Source of the DNA: Acanthaster planci
Lineage: Eukaryota
Reading direction: 5' to 3'
NCBI RefSeq assembly: GCF_001949145.1
Contig: NW_019091358.1
Location: 2,474,535 to 2,538,534 of the forward strand
Length of the DNA stretch: 64,000 bases
The position numbers were made by a program, and so were the translations under genes. Positions 1 to 52,800 of the stretch are shown one piece after another. The notes under the pieces are model-generated. The model did not search any database and was not told where the DNA came from. It saw only the letters and a program-made list of their open reading frames with translations. The stretch's first letter is position 1, and each line of letters starts with the position of its first letter.

Positions 1-1117
1 TGCAAAGTGCTAAGTAGATGTACTAGGGAGTGCTGAGTCATCCTAATAGTCAAGACCTTTCTTCAGATTTTTCAAAGACGTTACGTAACTGCTTACATTA
101 GCAAATGTCAAGTCTACGTGCATGAGGAAAGGCTCTCCGCATTTTCACTTTGAACAGTTTGAACTGCTCAATGTTGTTACAGTTTAAAAATACAACAGGA
201 TTTGAGAGTGAAAGTCTATGTTCCTTTTGTTTAACCATACCTCATACGTAAATGTACATGAACATATTCAGATTCATCAGTTGCCATTTACAATTTCCAG
301 CTTTGTTTGAAAACACCCATGTACATGTATGTCTGCAGCCATTTTTTGTGAGTATAGACACATGTAGCTACCGGTACAATGATGCTTGTGCATGCGTACA
401 TGTACATCTACTTCACCAGGGTACCAGTTCCGTTACAGTAGGTTTGCACATGGAATTGTGCGTGGTTCCTTGCCTGCATGCCTGGTAAGCTGGAAAAAGT
501 ACCTGGCATGTGACTGTTAATGGGCCAGTAAGAAAGTGGCTCTCAATCTTGAATATGCATGAGGTATGTTAATACAATTTAAAATCTGCATTTATAATGA
601 AAAAGAATATAGAAAATTACTTTTTGTTCATTGCCAAAGGTATACCTGTACCTGTGTTTTGGGAAACTGTTGGCAATAATCCACAGAATATGATAAAAAC
701 GTTGTTCAACACATACATAGGCGCCAGTTCCCCTTAAAATGGTTTATCTGTTCGCATGTTTACACTGTATGTGACACAGGTTGTTTGCCTCAACCCTGGA
801 AAGCAAACCTTAAGGGGCTTTGGGAATTTGGAAATGCCATCAATGTTGCCCTCAAACCATGTCACATTTGTCAAGTCCGGCACCGTCAAATCTGTCTGGA
901 CACATTTAATTTGGCAGCTACATGTACATTCTCTAAGCTTGCCCAAACTTGTCTGTGTGTCCATTCGTGTTTGAAAAATTGCTCACTGCGTGGGATGTGA
1001 GACTGTTTTTTCCCCATCAACTGTTTTTGATGTAAATTTAAACACTGTTCTTGTTATTCATCCATACCCCCGAAGTACTTGTACGCTACTCCCAATTATG
1101 CCCTACAACACAATAGC

Positions 1118-1284
1118 AGGTAAGATTACAAGATAAATTTCAGCCTTCTGACATTCCCAGTTTTGTAAAATTCAAGTTTCAAGGAGATAATTACTCGGCC
1201 AAGTACCTTTGGAGTACAGTTGTCTTAAAAACTTCATTTTTTGGTAATGGTCAGAAGTCATCAATTTACTTTGTAATCTTACCT
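1118..1284. mobile_element. Palindromic MITE-like element
   Basis: AGGTAAGATTACAA...CTTCTGAC arm pairs imperfectly with GTCAGAAG...TTGTAATCTTACCT. Confidence 0.55.
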
Positions 1285-1759
1285 ATTTGCATGTACATGT
1301 ACAATCAAATGCCCATGTACTTCAACTGTGTTCCCTCCTATCTAGTGAAACACCTAGCAAAGAACTTGGTACCCCAAAGGTACTTGACTATAACAGTGCA
1401 ACACAGTCAATAAATCATCGCTTTCTTTCCATCCCCTGACACCTGCATAACAGCTACTTTTCTCCAGTTGCTTGGGCAAGCCTGCAGTGGGCAGGCAGGT
1501 TGCCTTGAAGGGCCTTTATGCTTGTATTTGATTCCTATTTGCAAAGAATGTTTTGCAACCTTATTTGTTTGCAAAAGATTTCAAGTGTGCACATACGCAA
1601 CTACAAAGTTTCCTGACCAGCGGCGATGCCATGTGATTTGCATCACGAGTCAAACTTTTGGGTGGCACTTGTCCCAAATTCGTTGACAAACGACAATAAG
1701 CGGGCCAACCCCCCAAGCAATGCTGATTAATCTCATTATGTACAGCCCAAGAAAGATTA

Positions 1760-43709
<41,950 letters not shown>

Positions 43710-43718
<9 letters not shown>

Positions 43719-43960
43719 CTTGCCAGGGTGCCAGGTACGCGTGTTGGCACAGAGACCGCCCTCATGAGTCACCTTTCCGCTGTACATGTTTATTTGCGCA
43801 AGTCCCTGCACGTAGATTGTCATGTTGTGCGCAAAGGAGTACCGTACATGTACGTTTTTCCTAATTCGAGCCTAGGAACCCGGAAGGAAACAAGTATGAA
43901 AATTGCGCAGCGGTGACTGAGATACTTGCACAACTAAGGTACATACATGTAGGTAATTTC
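43710..43960. promoter_or_regulatory. Candidate bidirectional promoter for ALDH7A1 and TMEM234
   Basis: Divergent gene starts; YY1-like AAGATGGCAGCC over the ALDH7A1 ATG, ETS-like CCGGAAG (~43880), TGAGTCA, three TGCGCA elements; candidate donors for a TMEM234 non-coding exon at 43939 and 43953. Confidence 0.55.
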
Positions 43961-44682
43961 CACTGTTGTGGTAGGCCTAAATTTAATATCGTACCATCTC
44001 GGCATGATCAGAACACCCCATTCCAACATGTGTAACATTTCCATTCATGACTCTTGTCAAGCATTGTCCAAATTTGCAAGCATTGATTGGATGAAAAAGC
44101 AATGCTTTTTAAGCTAGGACTGTTCCTGGTATGTACGGGAAAGTAAAAACTGAGGCCTTAGCTAGCTGTACATGTACATGTAATTGCTCGTTACATGGAA
44201 TTCATTATTTTGAAAAGATTCCATATAGGCCTAATACCACTAGCACAAACCCCAGTATTACTATGGACTGGTCTGAAAAAAAAGTGTTTCCTTAGTGAAC
44301 ATGGTGAAGACTTTAATATTTTCACTGTTAAATTTGATGTCTTGGGTCATATTAGATGGCTTGTACTATAGGCCTATATATATTGGTCACGGCTGGGCAA
44401 GATAAGTGATGTCCAGTCTTTCTAGTATTACTTCCAGAATTGAGTTGATATTACTAGTCAGTCAGAGTCAGGATTTGATGTTCTTTCATACAGCCTAGTA
44501 AGTGTGAAAGGTGCACTCTCCTCAAAAGCTTAATTCCCCCCCACCCAAACTTGTTAGGAGGTATTCCAAGATCCTCTCTGCCTCCTCCCACCCCATATGT
44601 CTACAGCCATGTCCAAGCCTGATGACATGATTCTGGCATTTTAAATCACTTGGCTATTCATGTCACAGAGATTCCCCGTAAC

Positions 44683-44856
44683 ATGGCCGATATAAGCGTA
44701 CTATGGCAGTCCCTGTCGCTGATCATGGTTGCGCTCCTCTGGGGAGCAACCAATCCGCTCATGAAGAGAGGCGGGGAGGGCATCCAGCGAGTCCAGAGGG
44801 GCGGCAGGGTGGCACAGTTTTTGGCAGAGCTGAAGTTCCTGATTTTGAACTGGAAG
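44683..44856 (+). CDS. TMEM234: TMEM234 coding exon 1 (MADISVLWQ...LILNWK)
   Basis: ATG 44683, 14 nt after acceptor CAG at 44668; donor AAG|GTGAAA. Confidence 0.9.
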
Positions 44857-46405
44857 GTGAAAGCAATTACATGTACTTCAAACTGCATCAAATCAACCAT
44901 TACTATCTTTTTCAGATGCATTAGTGATAGTTTTAGTAGCGTCTGTAGTGTTGGTGCAACCCTTCATTGCCCTCACTTTAACAGGATGGATTCAATGCAA
45001 CTTTTCAAAGGGGTGTTAGGCCACTTTTCAGGTATTCTGCTTCAAATTGCATGAGAAAGAGAAGAGTAATCATTATTTTGGCAATAGTTGGATAGCAATG
45101 TACAAAATGTGGCTCTGGCACGGCAACACTTTTCTTAATTTCCAGCTTCATTTTAAAATTCTGTTGTGTTGTCTTTATTTCAGTACATCCTGCCATTCCT
45201 TGTAAATCAAAGTGGATCAGTTCTTTTCTATCTAACGCTAGCTTCAGCAGGTTGGTAAAAAATTTTTTGAGGGGGGTGGTTAAACTCCAAATCAAGTACC
45301 TGCCCCCATCGGCTTTCTAGTTACCCATAACAATGACAGTTTAATTCCAGTTAGAAAATATCATTTTCGGTCAGTTTACATCAACTACATTGCAGAAACG
45401 GTAACACTTGTTTGTCTTATAATTGAAATGAAATTTCCTATGATCACAAAATGGAGGTAGAGCTAAATTCAAGCAGTTGGTTTTGGCTTATCCATCAGCC
45501 AATCATGGACATTGTTGGATCAAAGACTTTGATAGGTTTATATAAATATGTATACCTTTTCGGTTACCATCAACCAGTTGACCATAATGTCCCAATATGG
45601 GCATTTCACAATAGTGCGCCTCCAAGAGTTTGCAACGTGTTGACCAATCACAATGTGTGAAATCTCTCAACCCAGTGCGCTTTTGGAAAAGGTCGACAGA
45701 TTTTGTGCATTGTGATTGGCCAACGCATCGCAAACTCTTGGAGGCACACTAATATGAATTGCCCGTATTGGTAAATTCTTGAGAAAGAGCTGCTCCACTT
45801 AAAGGCCCTGAACTATAATGGTTACACACCAGTAAAGCCTTTTTTCCTGCATTTTTGCCTCAGGATTCCCTCAGTGAGTGAAATGTTTTACATGTATTTT
45901 TGTTTGTTTATATATTCAGAGCTTTCATTAGCTGTACCTATCACCAATGCACTAACATTCATCTTCACCACGCTAACGGGAAAGATGCTGGGTGAAGATA
46001 TTGATGGGAAAGGTAATAACAAGACTGCTGGTTTGAAGCAACCTGGCTCTTGAATGAGCTCTGTTGTGCGTTTTCTAATTTTACTACTTTAGATTAAGAT
46101 TTAGAAAAAGTGATGTGTTTGTGTTTCCCTAAAGTAGGGCCGAATTGTTGAAGTATTGGAACAGTGGACACCAGGCCTTGAGTAGCATCTGCATTTGTTT
46201 GTCTGCATTAATGCGAACGCATACTCTCCGGATGGGGTTTATGTACTGGACAGGAAAATGATAAGGGTGATGACGAGGATGAGGATGATGGTAAATGGAA
46301 TTAATCAGACAGACGTGAATTCTCAGTGGTTTCTTTGCAGAAACCTACGTTGGAATGGCACTTGTGGTGGCTGGAGTCACTCTCTGTGTTTGGGATAAGA
46401 CTTGA
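44683..46405 (+). CDS. TMEM234: Transmembrane protein 234 (small DMT/EamA-like membrane protein), 4 coding exons, 132 aa
   Basis: Exons 44683-44856, 45184-45250, 45920-46012, 46341-46405 total 399 nt in frame; motifs VALLWGATNP, YILPFLVNQSGSVLFY, LSLAVPITNALTFIFT. Confidence 0.94.
45184..45250 (+). CDS. TMEM234: TMEM234 coding exon 2 (YILPFLVNQSGSVLFYLTLASA)
   Basis: TTTCAG| ... CAG|GTTGGT; 67 nt. Confidence 0.93.
45594..45769. mobile_element. 176-bp fold-back MITE, copy 3 of 3 (TMEM234 intron)
   Basis: AATATGGGC...GCCCGTATT ends, same internal arms and length. Confidence 0.85.
45920..46012 (+). CDS. TMEM234: TMEM234 coding exon 3 (ELSLAVPITNALTFIFTTLTGKMLGEDIDGK)
   Basis: TTCAG| ... AAG|GTAATA; 93 nt. 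Confidence 0.93.
46341..46405 (+). CDS. TMEM234: TMEM234 last coding exon (ETYVGMALVVAGVTLCVWDKT*)
   Basis: TTTGCAG| acceptor; TGA at 46403-46405. Confidence 0.92.
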
Positions 46406-48949
46406 GAGGCTTGTGGGATAGGACTTCCGAAAATGAGGACAGGCGACTCTAAGTGATGAGGAAACTCAGCCAAGAGAGACTGGTGGTAGAAAAGCTGACT
46501 CATCTCATAACAAGGGTCCAGGTTTGAGATTTTGATTAGCCAGGATGTTGCCCAGGAACCTGGCAGAACTTTGAAGCTGATATTTTAAGATGAGACAAGA
46601 AATAGTTGATGAAAATTGGTGTTCAATTCACCTATATCTGAAATGAATGTCATACTTGTGCGTCTGTATCTTGTTTGTAATACCGGGGCTTGGATAAAGT
46701 CATTTAATTGTTGTGGACTGGTCATGTGTCATGTTAATACAGTCGGACCTCGTTGATAAAAGGTCCTTTTGACTTTGCATATTACCTTGTTATGACAGGA
46801 ACCTTGTGTTTTCAGGAATGAAAACAATGAAAAACAAAGCCGAGAAACAGTGCGCCATCTTCTGGGATTACTAGACCCAAAGGGAGTCGACAAAGAGGGC
46901 GACGGCAACAGTACATTTTCTAAAGGCATACAAAGAAATTGCTGTAAAGACTGACAAACTATGTAATGTAATGTAAACTATGTAATGGGACTATTTTGAT
47001 ATTTGGTCTTCCATGATATTGTGGATAAGTTTTTGGCGTGTCTGAGTTGTTGGTACTGCACTATGAAACTATGTCTTGGCTGTGATACCCACTCACGATA
47101 CGCGTTGGAGTTCTTCAGTTTTAACGCCGTCAAAACTTGCATGCACGTACATGTAGTTCCCTGTGATGGTTTTTGAGACAACTTGAGACAAGATTGCATT
47201 CAATTAATACAGGGATGACTCTGTAACCAGTTCCACCTCAAACCGGTTTTGTCTTGAATGTGGTATCATTTTGAAGAGAGGTAAGATTACATTTCAAGGT
47301 AATCATTCATTGATTTCAATTTATGGCACAGTACCACAGCTTTCATCTTTTTTATTTTTCGATGCAATTGGTAATTCCTGAGGATTCCCTTGAAGAAGCA
47401 CGGCAACCTTTTTCTTTTCGTTAGGCGTGAAAAAATGCCACTTTCAAAATAAAATTGTCAACCACTCTTAAATGACCACTCTGTGAATTCGAGACTCCCC
47501 AAATCCAGAACCTAACCTACTTTTAAATTTGAAAGTCTAAAAAAGTCACCCCTAAGATTTTAATGTTACTTGTTTTGGATATATTTCAGTTGTTTGGTCC
47601 TCTTAATTTTATTGTCAGATAAGTTTAAATATCCGAGGAAGAAAATCACATGATTGAACAAGCTGGAGTTGGAGTCTCCCGCGGTTTCTCAAGCTTCCTC
47701 CTCGTTTGATAATATCACTCGATGAAACTTTATTAATACCTAACTTACGCTGTGAAACCAAAAAAAAGGCCAGAGAGGTTTCTTTATGATCAACAAAATG
47801 AAAGCTCATCGGCTTAGTATTATTTTAAAGGCTGGCACGTTTCCACATTAGATCCGGTCTATGTAGAGCGCATCGCAGTATTGCATACACAAGGACACTG
47901 ACCAAACATGGAAGGGTCTGTGACCTGTACAAAGCGGAATTTTCATCTTCCCACGACTTGTCATCGTATTCTGTCCTCGCATTTCGGTAAAGTCTTATTC
48001 ACCGGCCCGAACCAGCAGTCTTCCTTATTCCTTCAAACAGGACTGAAGGGCCAAGCCTTCATGCCGGACCTTGGAAGTTCTGAAAAAAGAGGAATACTTG
48101 GAGAAACGGATACATGTCAATTCGTCACCCATATTGCTCACACATTTATTTACATTTAAATTCTACATTTAGCAAGGTTGTCAATCATTAGGCTATAGGT
48201 ATGTACACGCAGCACTCGAATTCTTTAGGAAAATACACATTAACAGGATAAATGTGCTAAAACCCGCACGTTTATAATTAAGGGTATTGCATGAACACCT
48301 AAGACAAGCACGATAGAATTTACCTGAGTTCATAACAATACTCCTTGTTGGTAATGCTGTCTACTGATGATGTCTATTCCTGATTCATCCTCTCTTTTTT
48401 GTGCTAATTTTCTTAATTGCTGTCTTATCCAAGAAATTACCAAACACTTTGATGTATATAAACACTCCACTCATGAATAAATATACATCCCACATACATC
48501 GCTATAATTGTTAAAATATTGGCAAGTTATTGCACTTCTTTGCGCGATTCTCATCACTATAAATTATAATTTGTAAATACACTTGATACTGCTTACACAA
48601 TGGCATTAACTTTGTTGATTATATTTAACTGCAGCCCTGACGAGGTACAAGAAGTTACAGAGTTGAATTGATGGCCACATTAATAGTTATCTTATAAAAC
48701 AAAACCATTCGAACTAAACCCAATTTTTGCCTTTATTAAGTGATTGGTGAATTCAAAAGTCCAATTTGTGTTTGTGTTCAAGAGAACAGCAGAACAATTT
48801 CCTGTCAATAGAAATATTGGTATCATTTCCAGAAACCTAAATCGAAAAGAATTTCTTTTGAATTGAAGGACTGTATGACGAGGGCAAGCGTAACCAGTGG
48901 CTTTGGCGTTTTGTACGCGTGCAACTTGGCGCATTACCACCATATCACA

Positions 48950-49320
48950 GGCATGCGCAAAATGTGTGCGCTAGATACGCGCCTCCAAAGTGCTAGCTGT
49001 ACGGAGCTGGATTCAAGCTTTTCGTAAAGAGGTAGTTTGGAAAAGTGCCTGTAAATTTTCAACAAATTTCTTATTCAAAATGTTCCTTTCATCTGTTTTT
49101 AGATCAAATTAATCAGTTATCACTTAAATTCAGTAGAATCTGTGGGAGACGTTTTATAAAACAAATATGACTACATGTACTTATCTTGTGGTGTAGGTTG
49201 CCTGTATCCATGGAACATTATATTTACCCTCTGCTTCGCCTTAGGTGATAGTATTTTCTAAGGATCACTTCAAGCGGCTAGTTTTACTGCATCACTTTAA
49301 GCTGTCAGTGTTTGTGTAAC
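48950..49320 (-). repeat. Old dispersed repeat, copy B (reverse)
   Basis: Reverse complement aligns with ~21320-21620, including the GGCGAAGC hairpin and GATTAATTTGAT. Confidence 0.6.
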
Positions 49321-49666
49321 ATGAACCTCTAAATTGGAAGAACTTGGTATACTAATGCATAGATAATTTACGCCTGTAACCTTTCAAGGACGAAATTAAA
49401 TACATGCAGCTTCTACTGAATTGCATTACAAGGTAGCAGCAGACACCATTGTTATTTCCTACCAAGGGGCATATTTAAATACAACAACTTCAGTATTTCT
49501 ACCTTATAGAGTGTCTTCGTTTGAGAGTCGGGATGCAAATCAGTTTATCCCTTTTTGGGGGGGAGGGTCTCCTTTCTTCGTTGAGAAGTGACTACATAAT
49601 TGTAGAATCTCGTGTTTTCTGAAAGATTTTGCTAATTAGGTACCTGTTTTCAGGATATTTCAGCTA

Positions 49667-49829
49667 TCAAGCACCTGTCTCTTCTAAAGGTGTCCCCTCG
49701 TTGGCAGAACTTTCGCCGACATTCTTTGGGTGGTGCATTTCCACGAATAAGAAGTAAAAGTTGGCCCCGCACAGCCCCCCTAGTAGCGGTACAAAGGTTG
49801 GCACCCACCACCAGTGCATTCCATGAGGC
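49667..49829 (-). CDS. Aquaglyceroporin A exon 6
   Basis: [24 protein letters not shown]...EETGA*; TGA at 49669-49667. Confidence 0.9.
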
Positions 49830-52800
49830 CTGAAAGAGTAGGGTTTGGCATTTTATACGGAGTTTAGTGTTTTATGTGTTTGTTGTCAACCCTCCAGTCC
49901 CGATTAAATTCAGGTGACAGCGAGCTTTGGCTTTAAGGTCACTGTTTGTGTTTGCTATGCATGGCGTCACTTCCATTAGCGATGAAATTCAGGTAATAGT
50001 GAGCTTTGGCCTTTAGGTCACTGTTTCATGTTTATTATATCACATCCACTGACGATGAAATTCATGTAATAGGCCAAGTATATCAGTCTTTGAGAGTTTT
50101 CTCTAGAGTGTAGGCAGCTGACTTCATTGACCGACATCGGGGAAACTAATAACCTCCTTCCGAACACCAGAGTTGGAGTCGAGTCCACGACCTCCAAGGC
50201 TGAGTCTGAGGTCTCCAAGGCCAAGACTGATCGAGTCTCTGCCATTCAAGGCTAGAGTGGCCAAGGCCGAGACCAAAGTCAGTTACGTGTATTACACACA
50301 TGCATGTGTAGCATAACCTTACACGATCGAAGGTGAGTTTCTCTAATATATCACCGTTGGCAGGACGCGTTTGAGGAAAGATAAAAGCTGGGAAAACTGA
50401 AACAAAACGGGAGGCCCGGAACCAGCCTCCACTCTTTCTTCAAGTCAAAACGGTGCCGAGGCTAAGACCAAGTCATTACTTAGCGAAGCGAAGGCTTTAA
50501 AAAATCGGCCTCCAGGTCAAGGCCTCGAACAATGCTGAAATTTTATTTTCCTCAAGTACAGTTCTGACAAAGAAACAACACAACAAGTTGGGCTGCATCA
50601 ATGGAGGTGCAACAAAGATGTACGAAGGTATGCATACAACAGGAGACTGGAAACAAGTTGAGCATGCGGAGGAAGGGCCTCGGCCGTACACCTGATCACA
50701 CTATCACCGCTGCATGTTAACAAGCCAGGCTTCTCACAGAGAATAGCCCGTTTAGAACGGACCCAAAATATATTACGGTATTATCCGAGTAAAGCAACAG
50801 CTTTGTCCACAATTGAGATTGCGGACACAAGAAGATTGGTTGAGCGGGCTTTCGCACAGTTGTGGGGAAGGGAAAGGATTAACATGTTGTGGATGTGGTT
50901 AGTTTAAATCACAGAGGTTATTTTCTCTTTATTGTTTCTTTTTTAAGTTCTTTCTTGCTGGAAAAGATCAATTTTGAAAGGCTATTATATTAACTGCCCA
51001 AATCTGTAGCCGTGAAGTATATTTTGGGGACAAAAGCTCACCTCAACGCGTTCTCAATCAGGTAATACCGTAATACGAGGCCCGCTCCAAGCCTTGTTTG
51101 TTAACAGCGGTAGATCATCCGATCGGCTGTGAGAATTCCGTGAAAGCGATCTCCGGAATATTCCTATGGTCGTTCATGTCTGATAGCAGCACACTTGAAA
51201 TAACTGCCAAAAATAATGACAAGGAGTTGTTAAAAACCAAGGACAAACACATAAACTTACTGCCACACATCAGCTCCGTATCCGACCTGCCAGGACAGCA
51301 ACCGACCGGCCAAGTCCCTGGCTGGATTCATGGGCGCTCCAGCGTTGTGTCCCCATGCCAGAATGATAACTGCCACGGACAGACCCACAAAGAACGGCTC
51401 CATCCCTTTAGTCGGTTTACCATTTCGCTCGTCGAAAAACATCAGGGTGCAGTGCAGCAAGAGACCGGTGTTAATAATCTATTGATGATTAACATCTTGC
51501 AATGCTCAATTCAAAAGTTCAAATTTGAAACAGTGAAAAACCTCGTCTGGGTAAGTTCATGAGTTGTCGTGCGTGGTCTTATTTTTGAAAGGTTTTTCAC
51601 ATGTACAAGAAATGAAATCTATCCCAGACGTGCCAACATGCCGTATTCCTTCAGGAGGTCAGGCATTACCACACAATATATCAGAAATTTTGAATGAACT
51701 ATAGTGTGGCGATGCCTGACCTCCCTCAGGAAGGAGAAGGGCGAGGTTGGCAGGTCTGCTATCCCCGTGATTTGTGTAAGCACTTTTAATGGGTCATTTT
51801 TATGTTAACAAACAGTACGGTCAATTACAAACAATGGGTCCGCTTTCTACAGTTCAAGAGCAAATTCACGAAAACACCGCAGGCTGTTCCCCCCCTTCTT
51901 TTTTATTAAAACAAAAAGTGAGCCAGTTAACGCGAAGTATAACGTGACACTTGCCTGTTCAGCGAGACCTACCCAGAGCCCAAAGTATGGCTGCGGATAG
52001 GTGCAGAAGATCCCTCCTGTCCCAGTAGGTCCAAAAACTGTCCGGTTCCCGTTGTCAAAATGATCCAGCCCAGCTATAAAACCCAAGACAATTAAGGTAG
52101 AAAGCAAAACTGTACTACCAAACGTTGGCCTGTATTCATAGATCAGTTTTTATACACTGCAGAGTCTGTGCCTGTGGAATCAGATTCAAACGGTCTTCAG
52201 AGTTTTCTTAGTCTCCACCCTTTTACCCTGGATGGTCATATGATACAAACCAAAGACTGCGCAAGTCACTGATTCAAGCTCACGACATACAGTGGGGGCC
52301 TGGAGGGTTTTTCTTTCAACTTTCTCAACTTCTTTTCTCGACACCACAACATTATTCACTTTTTTTTAAGGTGTTTCAAATTTTCTAGCCTGCATCTCAG
52401 AAGTGTTGCACGATTTTTTTGACAGGTTCGTTGAATGGGTCCATGTTAAAGATTCAGCATGCTCAAAGACTTCTGTAAAACTGCCCCAAAAGCCGACAAA
52501 TGTCCGGGTACCTGTCTTGGATTCAAATTAATTAACACAGTTTGGTGCACCGGTGGCTGGTCCTGATGCATGCAACTGTATTGGCTGTCGCAACCGTGTG
52601 AACAGTATAGCCTAATGACGTAGATTTGGAATTGTCTTGAGGGAAGCGGGGCTTCAGCTCTCATGCAAGCCTTCCTTTGTAGATCCACCACTGCAGAATG
52701 TCGATTGCTGAATGTTCTTTACTGTTCACTACATTTCGAAATATAACCCTTAAGAAGCCCTACACACTTACAGAAGGTGGATGGCTGAATGTTCTTTACT

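Noticed and set aside
43719..43823. In-frame upstream ATG extending ALDH7A1 exon 1 by 35 codons
   Set aside because: Falls in the promoter-motif region, does not resemble a transit peptide or ALDH7, and ATG 43718 has a strong context
51098..51562. 154-aa plus-strand ORF (similarly 61680-61964, 10612-10941, 43512-43916)
   Set aside because: Antisense shadows of real minus-strand exons
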